A stretch of DNA of 64,000 nt from Candidatus Oxydemutatoraceae bacterium (GTDB lineage: Bacteria; Pseudomonadota; Gammaproteobacteria; Poriferisulfidales; Oxydemutatoraceae): contig OZ244779.1 of assembly GCA_965219575.1 (NCBI GenBank), forward strand, positions 1,004,769 to 1,068,768, given 5' to 3'. The notes under the pieces were generated by a model. The model was not told the origin of the DNA and did not search any database. It saw nothing but the letters and a program-made list of their open reading frames with translations. Shown piece after piece: positions 1 to 10,170 of the stretch. Made by a program: the position numbers and the translations under genes. The first letter of the stretch is position 1. Each line of letters starts with the position of its first letter.

Positions 1-1
1 C

Positions 2-550
2 TTTATCCATAACGAGCAAGTACTATACGCCGATAATACCGACGGCATCGGCTTCGTCAAAGATTTATCGGAACACTGCGGCGTTGAACTTGCCGGCAAA
101 ACAATTTTAGTAATCGGTGCCGGCGGTGCTGCCCGAGGCATCATCGCACCCTTGTTGCAAGCGCAAGTATTAAAATTGGCTCTCACCAATCGCAGTATGG
201 AGCGTGCGCGCAAACTCGCTCGGGAATTTGAAGACATAGGCGATCTAGAACTATACACCTTTGCCGAACTACAAAACAAACACTTTGACGGCATCGTCAA
301 CGCAACTTCGGCGAGCCTCTACGACGAAATGCCGGCGATACCGCAATCCGTGCAAACACAATGGGGCTACGATTTAGTCTATCGCGCAAAGCCGACCGTG
401 TTTATGCAACGGCTCGGCGATTGGGGTGTGGACTCGGTATTCGACGGATTAGGGATGCTCGTCGCACAGGCAGCCGAATCATTTTATCTGTGGCGCGGCG
501 TTACCCCACAAATCACCCCCGTGATTACTACCCTGCGCCAACATCTATAG
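2..550 (+). CDS. aroE: shikimate dehydrogenase (5'-truncated by window edge)
   Basis: Frame +2 is open from base 2: ADNTDGIGF, GAGGAARG, IVNATS, YDLVY, DGLGMLVAQAAESF motifs. Confidence 0.95.
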   Translation, partial: FIHNEQVLYADNTDGIGFVKDLSEHCGVELAGKTILVIGAGGAARGIIAPLLQAQVLKLALTNRSMERARKLAREFEDIGDLELYTFAELQNKHFDGIVNATSASLYDEMPAIPQSVQTQWGYDLVYRAKPTVFMQRLGDWGVDSVFDGLGMLVAQAAESFYLWRGVTPQITPVITTLRQHL

Positions 551-639
551 AGACAATCATTCCCCTCCTGTGGCGGGGTGGCCTATGCATTTTGCAATGT
601 ATGCGTTAGCAGTCATGTTGAGGTTCTGAACAAAGTCAC

Positions 640-666
640 GCCGATTGACCTACTGGTTCAATCGGC
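640..666 (+). repeat. 27-bp palindromic REP-like element (family P), copy 1
   Basis: GCCGATTGA-CCTACTGGT-TCAATCGGC; at least 8 intergenic copies in window. Confidence 0.85.
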
Positions 667-826
667 GGTTCTATTCAGCCTGACGGGGTGGTTGTGGCGT
701 ATCTGCGCTAGTATAGTGCTGGTACCGATATTATCTCTTCCTTACAAATGCTATATCAGATGTCATTTTTATGGTAATTTTGACATCAAACTATACATTT
801 TTTAACTTTTGTGCTAATCTTTCGTT

Positions 827-1978
827 ATGTACAAAAGAATCTTTACCCCCTCAGACAGATCTTTCTTTGTTTTAGGACCTAGAGGAACGGGTAAATCCAC
901 TTGGCTTAAAAACCGCTATAAAAAAGCCATTTTTTATGACCTCCTCAATCCTTCTCTTTATCTAAAACTTCGTAGAAACCCGGAATTATTCCGCCAAGAG
1001 ATATCCGCTATCCCCGAAGATTCAATCGTTATAATCGACGAAGTCCAAAAACTTCCTATTCTGTTGGACGATGTTCATCATTTTCTGGCACAAAGGGACA
1101 ACAACAAACAATTCATCCTATCGGGTTCTAGTGCTAGAAAACTCAAAAAAACTTCGACTAATTTACTGGGAGGACGAGCCAGTCAAAGCTATTTTTATCC
1201 TCTGATTTATTCCGAGCATCAAATAGATAAATGGGATGATGTCCTACGATTCGGGACTCTACCCGAAAGCCTTAACCTAAAAACAGTGAAACAAAAAATA
1301 GAATTTTTAGAATCTTATTCGCTAATCTATCTGCGAGAAGAAATACAACAAGAAGCCATAGTAAAAAACGTGAGCAGTTTCTCTAATTTTTTAGACATCG
1401 CCTCCCTATGCAATGCCCAAACAATCAACATAGCTTCGTTGGCAAGAGATTCGGGTGTTGCCAGAACTACCGTTATGGGATACTTTCAAGCACTGGAAGA
1501 CACGCTCATTGGTTTTTGGCTCCCTGCATGGAGGACAAAAGCACGAGTCAAAACGGCAATTCATCCTAAATTTTTCTTTTTTGATACGGGTGTCGTCAGA
1601 GCTTTGAGAGGGCAGTTGAGAGAGCCCATACACGATTACGATAAAGGGTTTCTTTTGGAAACTTATCTGCTCCATGAACTGAAAGCATGGAATCAGATTC
1701 ATGACTGGGGTGCAAAAATCAGCTTCTGTAAAACATACCATAATTCCGAAATAGACTTTCTTGTAGAAATAAACGCGCAAAGAATCGGAATAGAACTTAA
1801 ATCTTCTAAGGTTTGGAAGAGGGAATTCGGCAAATATCTTAACAAAGTCAAAGCGCAGAAATTTATCGATAGAGCTATCGGAGTTTATTTAGGTGATAAA
1901 AATCTAAAAGCCGATTCATTAGATGTCTATACACTTAAAAATTTCTTAAAAATCTTAGAGAAAAATACACTGATCTAA
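827..1978 (+). CDS. AAA_14-type ATPase with DUF4143 and C-terminal PD-(D/E)xK-like domain
   Basis: Walker A GPRGTGKS, Walker B IIDEVQK, SGSSAR, LGGRA, KFFFFDTG, EIDFL..IELKS; AT-rich. Confidence 0.9.
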   Translation: MYKRIFTPSDRSFFVLGPRGTGKSTWLKNRYKKAIFYDLLNPSLYLKLRRNPELFRQEISAIPEDSIVIIDEVQKLPILLDDVHHFLAQRDNNKQFILSGSSARKLKKTSTNLLGGRASQSYFYPLIYSEHQIDKWDDVLRFGTLPESLNLKTVKQKIEFLESYSLIYLREEIQQEAIVKNVSSFSNFLDIASLCNAQTINIASLARDSGVARTTVMGYFQALEDTLIGFWLPAWRTKARVKTAIHPKFFFFDTGVVRALRGQLREPIHDYDKGFLLETYLLHELKAWNQIHDWGAKISFCKTYHNSEIDFLVEINAQRIGIELKSSKVWKREFGKYLNKVKAQKFIDRAIGVYLGDKNLKADSLDVYTLKNFLKILEKNTLI

Positions 1979-2193
1979 AGCATATTGGATAAAGTCTAGC
2001 TAAACGGTTTGTATTTATTACAGCTGAGTAGGCGACGAATATTTAGTATCCTTTTATGATTTCTTAAAGTTTTAACGAAGAGGCGACCAAATGGCCAAAG
2101 GCATCAGTCTTGAAAACCGAAGATCTCGCAAGCGATTTGGGAGCGAATCCGTCCCGCACTGCCAATATTGCGCAAAAGTGACAATATAGAATT

Positions 2194-2269
2194 CCATATT
2201 ATCATTTAGAGGCCAAAACGATAATATGGATATTTATATTATCATTTAAGGGCGAAAATGATAATATAA
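2194..2269. promoter_or_regulatory. two tandem 36-bp palindromes (putative operator pair), 40-bp period
   Basis: CCATATTATCATTT-N8-AAACGATAATATGG followed by TTATATTATCATTT-N8-AAATGATAATATAA. Confidence 0.5.
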
Positions 2270-2365
2270 GTTCAATTCACATATAAATGAGTAGCCTTGA
2301 CCTTGACCTTCCCCAATTTTCAGGGCTAAAACTTAAATGAGATCTTTATTAGTCGTAGGATAAGT

Positions 2366-2629
2366 TTATTTCACAAGAAATACATCTAATATTTTTTCAG
2401 CCTTTGTATCGTAATGTAGTTCAAACTGTTCTTTTTTCCCGTTCACATTTCGTTCGGTTACAAAAACTCTGTCATGAAAAGTTATCTTGTGTTCCGTGTA
2501 TGGTAACTCTTCAAATTTCAGTGACCCGGAAATTACCCAAATCCCTCTTGAGGTTTTTTCCAAAAAACTTTTTGCGATTTTTTGCAAACCTTTCTGCTCC
2601 AAGTTCATGATTGAAATATGTTGTGCCAT
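2366..2629 (-). CDS. hypothetical protein (87 aa), downstream of PLD nuclease
   Basis: ATG start 12 bp after the PLD gene stop, same strand, similar AT-rich composition. Confidence 0.7.
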   Translation of the reverse strand: MAQHISIMNLEQKGLQKIAKSFLEKTSRGIWVISGSLKFEELPYTEHKITFHDRVFVTERNVNGKKEQFELHYDTKAEKILDVFLVK

Positions 2630-2641
2630 ACTACTTAAAAA

Positions 2642-3559
2642 TTAACGACCTTGATAATTTTTGCCTTTTTCAGTCAAGGTATAGAGGCCTCTTTGGTCTT
2701 TTGAACGAATAAATAAGTGCATATTTCTAGGGCTGTTGCTTTCATCTTCGTTATAATTCAGTTCACCACGAATAGTGTTGTCTAAGGTATCCATTTTGTG
2801 AGGCAATTCTTCATCTTTTAAAATTTTTTCCACTCCCTCATAAATTTCTGACAACGGCACCCACTTTTGATCACCGGTTAATTTTTCCTTTATGACATTA
2901 ATAATTAGTGATTTAATTGTGGGAACAGTACCGGGCAAGGTCTCTTTTTTATCTTGCATTTCTTTGATAACTTTTTGCAATCCTTTATCTTTTCTTGCCT
3001 GATCTTCATTTTTAGAAAATACACGATAAATATCAGAATATCCTGTCAAATAATCCTCATCGGGAGCAAAAACTGAATCGGTAAATTTCACTGAATTATA
3101 AATTGCTTGCAGTTGAGAAAAATAAATTGGTTTTTTTTCTTTAATGATCGTATTAACTTCAAAGTTTGACATCAAACCTCCTTTTGTTAGATTTGTACTC
3201 CCGACGATTCCTGTCTTTTCTTTCTCGTTTTCAAAAAGGTAAATCTTTGGATGGAAAACAACGTCAGTTTTATTCTCATTTTTATCACCAAAGCAGTAAA
3301 AATTAATTTTGCGATATTGTTTCCTCAAATTTAAAAAATAGCTAATTGATTCCGGATCGGTTGTCTTGAAGTCAAGACCGGCAATCAACTCAATATTTCC
3401 GTCGTTGTCCAAACACTGTTTCAAGGAGTTATCAATTTCTTTTATGCCTGAATACTTTAAGAATGCTACGGCAATTTGCACGCCATTTGCATCTTGCAGT
3501 TCTTGTTTGATGATCTTTCCGATTGGGTAATCCTGATTTGAAAGAAGTTGTATAGGCAT
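2642..3559 (-). CDS. phospholipase D-family (HKD) nuclease with C-terminal winged-helix-like domain; putative restriction endonuclease
   Basis: IAVAF..SG, FHPKIYLF and IVGSTNLT..GL..N.E motifs of BfiI/NgoFVII-type PLD nucleases; C-terminal LSEIYE...TIRGELN...RGLYTLT. Confidence 0.8.
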   Translation of the reverse strand: MPIQLLSNQDYPIGKIIKQELQDANGVQIAVAFLKYSGIKEIDNSLKQCLDNDGNIELIAGLDFKTTDPESISYFLNLRKQYRKINFYCFGDKNENKTDVVFHPKIYLFENEKEKTGIVGSTNLTKGGLMSNFEVNTIIKEKKPIYFSQLQAIYNSVKFTDSVFAPDEDYLTGYSDIYRVFSKNEDQARKDKGLQKVIKEMQDKKETLPGTVPTIKSLIINVIKEKLTGDQKWVPLSEIYEGVEKILKDEELPHKMDTLDNTIRGELNYNEDESNSPRNMHLFIRSKDQRGLYTLTEKGKNYQGR

Positions 3560-3792
3560 ATATCTCTAGGGTCAAGGCTTAAGTAAGTTATCATTATAAG
3601 CCATCTCGCAGGTGAAGGGTATAGATGACGTGCCCCCATTTTAGAACAACCTGCCAAGTGGGTTTTCACACCGTCGCTCTCAAAGATGCATTGGGGATTT
3701 AACACCCCAATGCACCCATGCGGATGGATTATTATAATCTATGTACTTATTTTTTTATTGTGGAATTAGGTAAGATTACTGAAAATAGTGTC

Positions 3793-3819
3793 GCCTGTTG
3801 GCCTACCGGCTCAATCGGC
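3793..3819 (+). repeat. family P palindrome, degenerate copy
   Basis: GCCTGTTGG-CCTACCGGC-TCAATCGGC. Confidence 0.75.
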
Positions 3820-3978
3820 AGTCATTTGTCTTGTGAAAAGATCGAAAATTAAACAGTCATCGTATCATGCATAGTACGGTGACGTTTTCCTCAAATTTAG
3901 TACCAATGCTAAAGTTAGTTTTCCCGATAAACTAGAGAAGTTAAAAACATTACAGGAGAACGTAACATGAATAGAAGC

Positions 3979-4005
3979 ACTGATTGACTTACCGGCTCAA
4001 TCGGC
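3979..4005 (+). repeat. family P palindrome
   Basis: ACTGATTGA-CTTACCGGC-TCAATCGGC. Confidence 0.8.
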
Positions 4006-4087
4006 GGTTCTACTTTGCCCCCGATATGTCATAATAGCAACCTCACCGGTTTCTCATAGAGGTATCTAGTAAAAATAGTTAAAGCAA

Positions 4088-4765
4088 ATGAAGGATTTAA
4101 TTTGTCCATCCATACTATCCGCCGATTTTGCGCGATTGGGCGCGGATGTTGTCGCAGTGCTTGAGGCGGGTGCCGATATGATTCATTTTGATGTCATGGA
4201 CAACCACTATGTGCCTAATCTAACTTTCGGACCGATGGTTTGTAAGTCATTGCGTGATTACGGTATTACCGCGCCGATTGATGTGCATTTGATGGTGCAG
4301 CCGGTCGATCGGCTTATTACGGATTTTGCCGAAGCGGGTGCCGATTACATCAGTTTTCACGGCGAAGCGAGTGAGGATAGCGAGCGGAGTTTGCAGTTGA
4401 TTCGCGAGCAGGGTTGCAAGAGCGGGCTGGTGTTCAATCCCGATGTTTCGATAGACGGGCTGGAGCGAGTCATTGATCGGGTGGATATGGTTTTACTGAT
4501 GTCGGTCGTGCCGGGGCGAGCTGCCCAACAATTCATTCCTTCGACTTTGGATAAGGTCAGGCAAACGCGTGAGCTTCTGGATCGGTATGCAACATCGGTA
4601 CGGCTGGAGGTGGACGGTGGCATTAAAACGGAGAACATTGCCGAAGTGAAGGCTGCGGGTGCCGACACTTTTGTGGCCGGCTCGGCGATATTCGGTAGCG
4701 ACGATTACCGGCGCACCATTACCGAGATGCGCGACCGCATCAACAATGCCGATAAAATGCAATGA
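4088..4765 (+). CDS. rpe: ribulose-phosphate 3-epimerase
   Basis: [32 protein letters not shown]. Confidence 0.98.
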   Translation: MKDLICPSILSADFARLGADVVAVLEAGADMIHFDVMDNHYVPNLTFGPMVCKSLRDYGITAPIDVHLMVQPVDRLITDFAEAGADYISFHGEASEDSERSLQLIREQGCKSGLVFNPDVSIDGLERVIDRVDMVLLMSVVPGRAAQQFIPSTLDKVRQTRELLDRYATSVRLEVDGGIKTENIAEVKAAGADTFVAGSAIFGSDDYRRTITEMRDRINNADKMQ

Positions 4766-6234
4766 TTAGCCGTAGTGAATACGAGCAGCTGGCAGCGCAG
4801 GGTTACACCCATATTCCTTTGGTGCGGGAACTGCCTACGGACTTGGACACGCCGGTCGGGGTTTATCTAAAGCTGGCAAACGACCCCAATAGTTATTTGC
4901 TTGAATCTGCAAGCGAAGGGCGATACTGGGGGCGGTATTCAATCATCGGAACCCGCTGTAGTAATTATATTTGCGTGAACGATTTCACCGTTAGTTTATA
5001 CGAGGACGGTCGCCTGAGTTCCAAACAAACGGTGTCCGATCCGTTGGCGTGGATAGACGATTATCTCGCTAGTTTCAAAATTGCAAAGGTAGAGTCGTTG
5101 CCGCGTTTTTGCGGCGGCTTGGTCGGTTATTTCGGTTATGAAACGGTATGCTATATAGAGCCCAAGTTAGGGCATAACAACAAGACCGATGAACTCGGCA
5201 CGCCCGACATATTGCTATTGGTGTCTATGCAGATTGCGGTGATTGATAACCTCAGAGGCACGTTGTCGTTGATAGTCTATGCCGATGCGTCAAAGACCGA
5301 CGGCTATCAACATGCGGTAGATGCTTTGGCACAACTAGAGACTCGGTTGCACGAACCGCTTAAACATCCGCCGTCCGCAACGATTAAGGTGCCGGATAAA
5401 GATAGCTTTGCTTTCGGTTTCGAGCGAGCCGCCTATATGGATGCCGTAGAACAATGTCGCCGTTATATTATTGACGGCGAGGCGATGCAAATCGTTTTAT
5501 CGCAGCGCATGCAAGCACCTTTTGAATGTGATGCGTTCAATCTGTATCGTGCGTTAAGACGGTTGAACCCTTCGCCCTATATGTTTTATTTTGATTTTGA
5601 TGATTTCAAAATAGCGGGTTCTTCGCCGGAGATTTTAGTGCGCAAAGAGGCCGACTGCCTCACCGTGAGACCGATCGCCGGCACCCGTCGCCGAGGCGAG
5701 ACCGATGCCGAAGACTTGCGGTTGGAAAAAGAGTTGTTGTCGGATACCAAAGAGCTTGCCGAACATCTGATGTTGATAGACCTAGGGCGCAACGACATCG
5801 GGCGCGTATCAAGGGCGGGGAGTGTAAAGGTAACCGAGAAAATGTTGATAGAACGCTACTCGCATGTTATGCACATCGTCTCCAATGTCGTCGGCACAGC
5901 GAAGCAAGATATCGGTGCCATAGAAGTATTGCGGGCAACTTTCCCCGCCGGCACCGTCTCGGGTGCGCCCAAAGTGCGGGCGATGGAGATCATCGCCGAA
6001 CTGGAACCGATCAAGCGCAATATCTATTCGGGTGCGGTCGGTTATATAGGTTGGAACGGCATTATGGATACTGCGATTGCGATACGCACTGCGGTCATCA
6101 AGGAGCAGACATTATTCGTGCAGACGGGTGCCGGTTTGGTCTACGACTCCGAACCCGATAAAGAATGGATGGAGACGATGAACAAAGCGAATGTATTATT
6201 CGCTGCCGCACAAACGGCAAAAGATTTTGTTTGA
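4762..6234 (+). CDS. trpE: anthranilate synthase component I
   Basis: [50 protein letters not shown]. Confidence 0.97.
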   Translation: MISRSEYEQLAAQGYTHIPLVRELPTDLDTPVGVYLKLANDPNSYLLESASEGRYWGRYSIIGTRCSNYICVNDFTVSLYEDGRLSSKQTVSDPLAWIDDYLASFKIAKVESLPRFCGGLVGYFGYETVCYIEPKLGHNNKTDELGTPDILLLVSMQIAVIDNLRGTLSLIVYADASKTDGYQHAVDALAQLETRLHEPLKHPPSATIKVPDKDSFAFGFERAAYMDAVEQCRRYIIDGEAMQIVLSQRMQAPFECDAFNLYRALRRLNPSPYMFYFDFDDFKIAGSSPEILVRKEADCLTVRPIAGTRRRGETDAEDLRLEKELLSDTKELAEHLMLIDLGRNDIGRVSRAGSVKVTEKMLIERYSHVMHIVSNVVGTAKQDIGAIEVLRATFPAGTVSGAPKVRAMEIIAELEPIKRNIYSGAVGYIGWNGIMDTAIAIRTAVIKEQTLFVQTGAGLVYDSEPDKEWMETMNKANVLFAAAQTAKDFV

Positions 6235-6247
6235 GGCTGGTTGAGAG

Positions 6248-6832
6248 ATGATACTGGTTATAGACAATTACGATTCCTTCACTTATAACTTAGTGCAGTA
6301 TCTAGGGGAACTGGGTGTGGAGACTCGGGTTGTGCGCAACGATAGCATAGACACCGATGCGATCGACGACATCAAGCCGCAGCGGATTTTAATCTCTCCC
6401 GGTCCCGGCATGCCCGACTCCGCAGGTATATCGCTTGCGGTGATAGAGCGTTTTGCAGAACACATTCCTATACTCGGGGTCTGTTTAGGTCATCAAGCGA
6501 TCGGTCAGGCTTTCGGTGGCACCATAAGCCATGCGAAGCGTATCATGCACGGTAAAACCTCGCAGATTCATCATACCGGAATAGGTCTGTTCACCGGTAT
6601 AGACAGCCCTTTTCAGGCAACCCGATATCACTCGTTGGTGATTGAAGCGGAGTCTTTGCCCGAATGTTTGGAGATGAGTGCGTGGACCGAATTAGACGAT
6701 CATCAACAAGAAGAGATTATGGGGATACGGCATCGTAGTTATCCTACGGTGGGTGTGCAGTTTCATCCCGAGTCTATATTGACCGAATACGGTCACAAAT
6801 TACTGAAAAACTTTCTTGAAGATGCAATTTAA
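6248..6832 (+). CDS. trpG: anthranilate synthase component II (glutamine amidotransferase)
   Basis: [29 protein letters not shown]; operon position. Confidence 0.96.
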   Translation: MILVIDNYDSFTYNLVQYLGELGVETRVVRNDSIDTDAIDDIKPQRILISPGPGMPDSAGISLAVIERFAEHIPILGVCLGHQAIGQAFGGTISHAKRIMHGKTSQIHHTGIGLFTGIDSPFQATRYHSLVIEAESLPECLEMSAWTELDDHQQEEIMGIRHRSYPTVGVQFHPESILTEYGHKLLKNFLEDAI

Positions 6833-7850
6833 CAAGCTGATAGACAAACTTGTCGGCGGTCGTAACCTATCGCCGGAAGAAATGAGAGGTGTGATGGAGA
6901 CCTTGATGCGCGGAGAGATGGATGCCGTTCAAGCCGGTGCTTTGCTGGTTGCGCTACGCGCCAAAGGTGAGTCCGTGGAGGAACTGACGATCGCCGCCCG
7001 AACGATGCTTGACTTTGCGATAACACTGGACATTCAAGCCGACCACCTACTGGATACTTGCGGTACCGGCGGCGACGGTGCTACGACTTTTAATGTATCC
7101 ACCGGCTCGGCATTGGTTGCCGCAGCCGCCGGCGCGGTTGTAGCCAAGCACGGCAACCGTTCGGTTTCAAGCCATTGCGGTAGTGCCGATTGTCTGGAAT
7201 TGGCAGGAGTACGCATTGATTTATCCGCCGCTGCGGTGCGCGTGTGCATAGCAAAAGTCGGCATAGGTTTTTTGTTTGCCCCTAACTTTCATCCGGCGAT
7301 GCGCCATGTTGTCGGCATCCGCAAATCGCTCGGTGTGCGCACCGTGTTCAATCTTTTAGGTCCGCTAACCAATCCGGCACGCGCACCGTATCGGGTCATC
7401 GGAGTATTTGACCGTGCTTGGCTTGAGCCGATGGCACAAGCAGCGGTTGCACTAGATGTTAAGCGGGTGATGGTGGTACATTCGGAGGACGGTTTGGACG
7501 AAATAAGTCCTGCATCACCGACACATATCGTAGAAATCACCGACGGCAAAACCCGACGATACACATTGACCCCCGAAGACTTTGCTTACGACCCAGTAGC
7601 ACTATCGGCGATACAAACTACATCGCCGCAACATAGCTTAGAAATGCTCAAAGCCGCACTTGAAGGCAATACACCCGCCTCACAAGCAATTGCGATGAAT
7701 GTCGGCGCGGCACTTTATATTGCGCAACTGGCAGCCGATGTCAAAGAGGGTGCCGAGACGGCGATGCGTACGATGCGCTCAGGGCAAGCCTCGGACAAAC
7801 TACAAGCATTGATCGAAGCCAGTCGAGCAGAGGCAGCGGACGATGCCTGA
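6822..7850 (+). CDS. trpD: anthranilate phosphoribosyltransferase
   Basis: [35 protein letters not shown]; ATG at 6822 preferred over TTG 6816. Confidence 0.97.
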   Translation: MQFNKLIDKLVGGRNLSPEEMRGVMETLMRGEMDAVQAGALLVALRAKGESVEELTIAARTMLDFAITLDIQADHLLDTCGTGGDGATTFNVSTGSALVAAAAGAVVAKHGNRSVSSHCGSADCLELAGVRIDLSAAAVRVCIAKVGIGFLFAPNFHPAMRHVVGIRKSLGVRTVFNLLGPLTNPARAPYRVIGVFDRAWLEPMAQAAVALDVKRVMVVHSEDGLDEISPASPTHIVEITDGKTRRYTLTPEDFAYDPVALSAIQTTSPQHSLEMLKAALEGNTPASQAIAMNVGAALYIAQLAADVKEGAETAMRTMRSGQASDKLQALIEASRAEAADDA

Positions 7851-8655
7851 GCGGCAATCCATACTGCCTGAGATACTCGCACATAAACGACAAGAAATTG
7901 CCGAACTGCGCGAACGGCACAGCATAGACACACTCAAGGACTACGCACAAGAGCAGGGTGCGCCGCGCGGCTTTGCCCGTACATTAAAGGGACGCGTGGC
8001 AAATAAACAAACCGCAATCATCGCCGAGATTAAGCGTGCGTCTCCCAGTAAAGGCTTGCTATGCGAAGACTTCAACCCACTGGAAATTGCCCGCAACTAC
8101 ATGATGGCAGGGGCAAGCTGCTTATCCGTACTCACCGATAAAAAATTCTTTAAGGGTTCGGGACCGATACTCGATCTAGTGCGCCGTCACTGTATGCTAC
8201 CAACCCTGCAAAAAGACTTCATCATAGACGAATATCAACTATACGAAAGCCGAGCCATCGGTGCCGACTGCATCTTGCTGATTGTCTCCGCGCTGCCCGA
8301 CGACGCACAACTACATGCTCTATACGGCAAGGCACGCGAACTCGATATGGATGTGTTGGTAGAAATACACGATGTAGCCGAGCTGGAACGCGCCCTAAAA
8401 CTTGACGGCATTGAACTCATCGGCATCAACAACCGCAACCTCCGTACTTTTGAAACCAAACTGGAAACCAGTATTGCGCTTGCGTCACAAATCCCCGAAG
8501 ACAAAGTCGTGATTAGCGAGAGCGGCATCAACACCCCTGCCGACATACAAACACTCGCCGAACATCATATACACGCCTACCTGATAGGCGAAGCCCTGAT
8601 GACCGCTCCCGACCGAAGTGCCAAATTAAAAGAACTGCTTGCAGGAACAATATAA
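7843..8655 (+). CDS. trpC: indole-3-glycerol phosphate synthase
   Basis: IAEIKRASPSKG, LSVLTD, GINNRNL, SESGI. Confidence 0.97.
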   Translation: MPERQSILPEILAHKRQEIAELRERHSIDTLKDYAQEQGAPRGFARTLKGRVANKQTAIIAEIKRASPSKGLLCEDFNPLEIARNYMMAGASCLSVLTDKKFFKGSGPILDLVRRHCMLPTLQKDFIIDEYQLYESRAIGADCILLIVSALPDDAQLHALYGKARELDMDVLVEIHDVAELERALKLDGIELIGINNRNLRTFETKLETSIALASQIPEDKVVISESGINTPADIQTLAEHHIHAYLIGEALMTAPDRSAKLKELLAGTI

Positions 8656-8659
8656 AATC

Positions 8660-8686
8660 GCCGATTGAGCCGGTAGGTCAATCGGC
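8660..8686 (-). repeat. family P palindrome (reverse orientation), just after trpC stop
   Basis: GCCGATTGAGCCGGTAGGTCAATCGGC. Confidence 0.85.
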
Positions 8687-8721
8687 GTAACATTATGCAA
8701 AACCACGATGTAAAACGAAAT

Positions 8722-8861
8722 GTAGGGGCGGACTAGCATGTCCGCCCGTAACGCGTTGCGCCTGCACGATTTATACATTCATTCACCCGATTTATGGAAA
8801 CCAAAACCATACGGCGCAAGTGGTTACAGTTGCACGCTGACGGTACTTTTTCAACAAACCC
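8722..8861 (+). repeat. GTAG-type REP hairpin plus right arm of composite MITE-like repeat
   Basis: GTAGGGGCGGACTAGCATGTCCGCCC ... GAAACCAAAACCAT..GCGCAAG.GGTTAC ... ACTTTTTCAACAAACCC; homologous to 11025-11280. Confidence 0.75.
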
Positions 8862-9987
8862 AGGTGCTTAAATTTTTCAAGAACCTTTCTACATTAAGAA
8901 TTTGAATGTCTTGATAGCTATAATCTTTCGGACCGGTGTAAAGAAACAGAAGGTCGCTTTCAGGGTAATCTTTCTTAAACTCGAGTAGTCCCTTAAAATC
9001 CTTTTGGTTAATCCTTTCTCGGCATTTTACTTCGATGGCCTTAAACCCTTTCTCCCCGTAGAGAATGAAATCCACTTCTAAATGTTTCCTCGTTCTCCAG
9101 TAGAAAATTTCGTAGCCTAATTGGTGAATTTCATTGTGTGCCGAAATTTCCTGCAAAACGAGGGTTTCTAGTGCAATTCCATTTAGATAAGAACTAGAAT
9201 CTAAAACGCCTTGCGGTCGTATCGCCCTGAACACACCCACATCAAAAAAATAAAACTTCCTTTTATTCATTAGAGCCCGTTTCGCTCTTTTTGAAAAAAT
9301 GGGAAGTTCATAAGATAAAAGAGTATCCCTTAAAATGGAGAAATAATTTTCCACGACTTTTGCCGACACATGGCAATCTCTCGCGATATTGGTCATGACA
9401 AGAGGAGAACCCTGAGCAAAGCTCGCACTTTCTAAAAAGCGACTGAAAGCGGGAAGACTTCGGGTTAATCCTTCTTGTTGGATTTCCTCTTTCAAGTAGA
9501 CTTCAATATAACTTTTTAGAAAAGCCTTCGGGTTTTCCGATGAGAATACTTTAGGTATATGACCTAACTCCAGAGAAGTTTTTAAGTCAAAGTCATCTTT
9601 TAACTCTGCTACGCTAAGGGGATACATGAGGCATCTTAAAGCCCTACCGGCAAGGAGGTTAGTTTGCTCTCTCTTTAGCTTTCTTGCACTTGAGCCGGTG
9701 AGAACAAAAAGAAGTTTCCTTGTTTCTATGAGCCTATGCACTTCATCTAAAAGAGCAGGAACTTTCTGAACCTCGTCAATAACAACCCATCCCGTATAGT
9801 CGGAGGGAATTTGTTGCGATAGCCTCTCGGGAGAGGCAAGGAAGCTCTGGTACAGGGAGGACTGGAGAAGGTCAAAAAAGAGGGCTTTTTTGTAGAAAGA
9901 CCTTATAAAATGAGTTTTTCCCACGCCTCTTGGACCGAAGAGAAAAAAACTAGATTTTTTGGGAGGAGTAAATAGCCTCTTATACAT
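8851..9987 (-). CDS. AAA_14-type ATPase with DUF4143 (paralog of 827-1978)
   Basis: GPRGVGKT, VIDEVQK, TGSSAR, LAGRA, KFYFFDVG, EVDFI..IEVK. Confidence 0.9.
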   Translation of the reverse strand: MYKRLFTPPKKSSFFLFGPRGVGKTHFIRSFYKKALFFDLLQSSLYQSFLASPERLSQQIPSDYTGWVVIDEVQKVPALLDEVHRLIETRKLLFVLTGSSARKLKREQTNLLAGRALRCLMYPLSVAELKDDFDLKTSLELGHIPKVFSSENPKAFLKSYIEVYLKEEIQQEGLTRSLPAFSRFLESASFAQGSPLVMTNIARDCHVSAKVVENYFSILRDTLLSYELPIFSKRAKRALMNKRKFYFFDVGVFRAIRPQGVLDSSSYLNGIALETLVLQEISAHNEIHQLGYEIFYWRTRKHLEVDFILYGEKGFKAIEVKCRERINQKDFKGLLEFKKDYPESDLLFLYTGPKDYSYQDIQILNVERFLKNLSTWVC

Positions 9988-9988
9988 G

Positions 9989-10060
9989 GTTCTATTTTAG
10001 CGCAAAAAATAGAATAGTAAGGACACTTTTTTACTAAAAAATAGAGTTGTAAGGGCATTT
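9989..10060 (-). promoter_or_regulatory. promoter/operator region of ATPase gene: -10 box 6 nt before ATG, direct and inverted repeats
   Basis: Minus strand TAAAAT-agaacc-ATG; plus strand AAAAAATAGA.T.GTAAGG.CA.TT twice; TTCTATTTT..AAAATAGAA palindrome. Confidence 0.5.
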
Positions 10061-10170
10061 ATTTCCAAAATCCCTATAAGCCTTTGAATTTCAATGGAAA
10101 AAATCTCTCCAATATCAACGCTCAACCCAATGCTAAGAGAAGCTGCTGGAAAAGTATCCACGAGCCCTAG

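Noticed and set aside
578-805. 75-aa ORF after aroE (also 3466-3705, 10586-10873 and 40696-41196)
   Set aside because: They span repeats, promoters or antisense regions and have no recognisable motifs
2194-2269. Fur boxes
   Set aside because: GATAAT half-sites are present, but spacing and orientation do not match the 19-bp Fur consensus and no gene starts downstream
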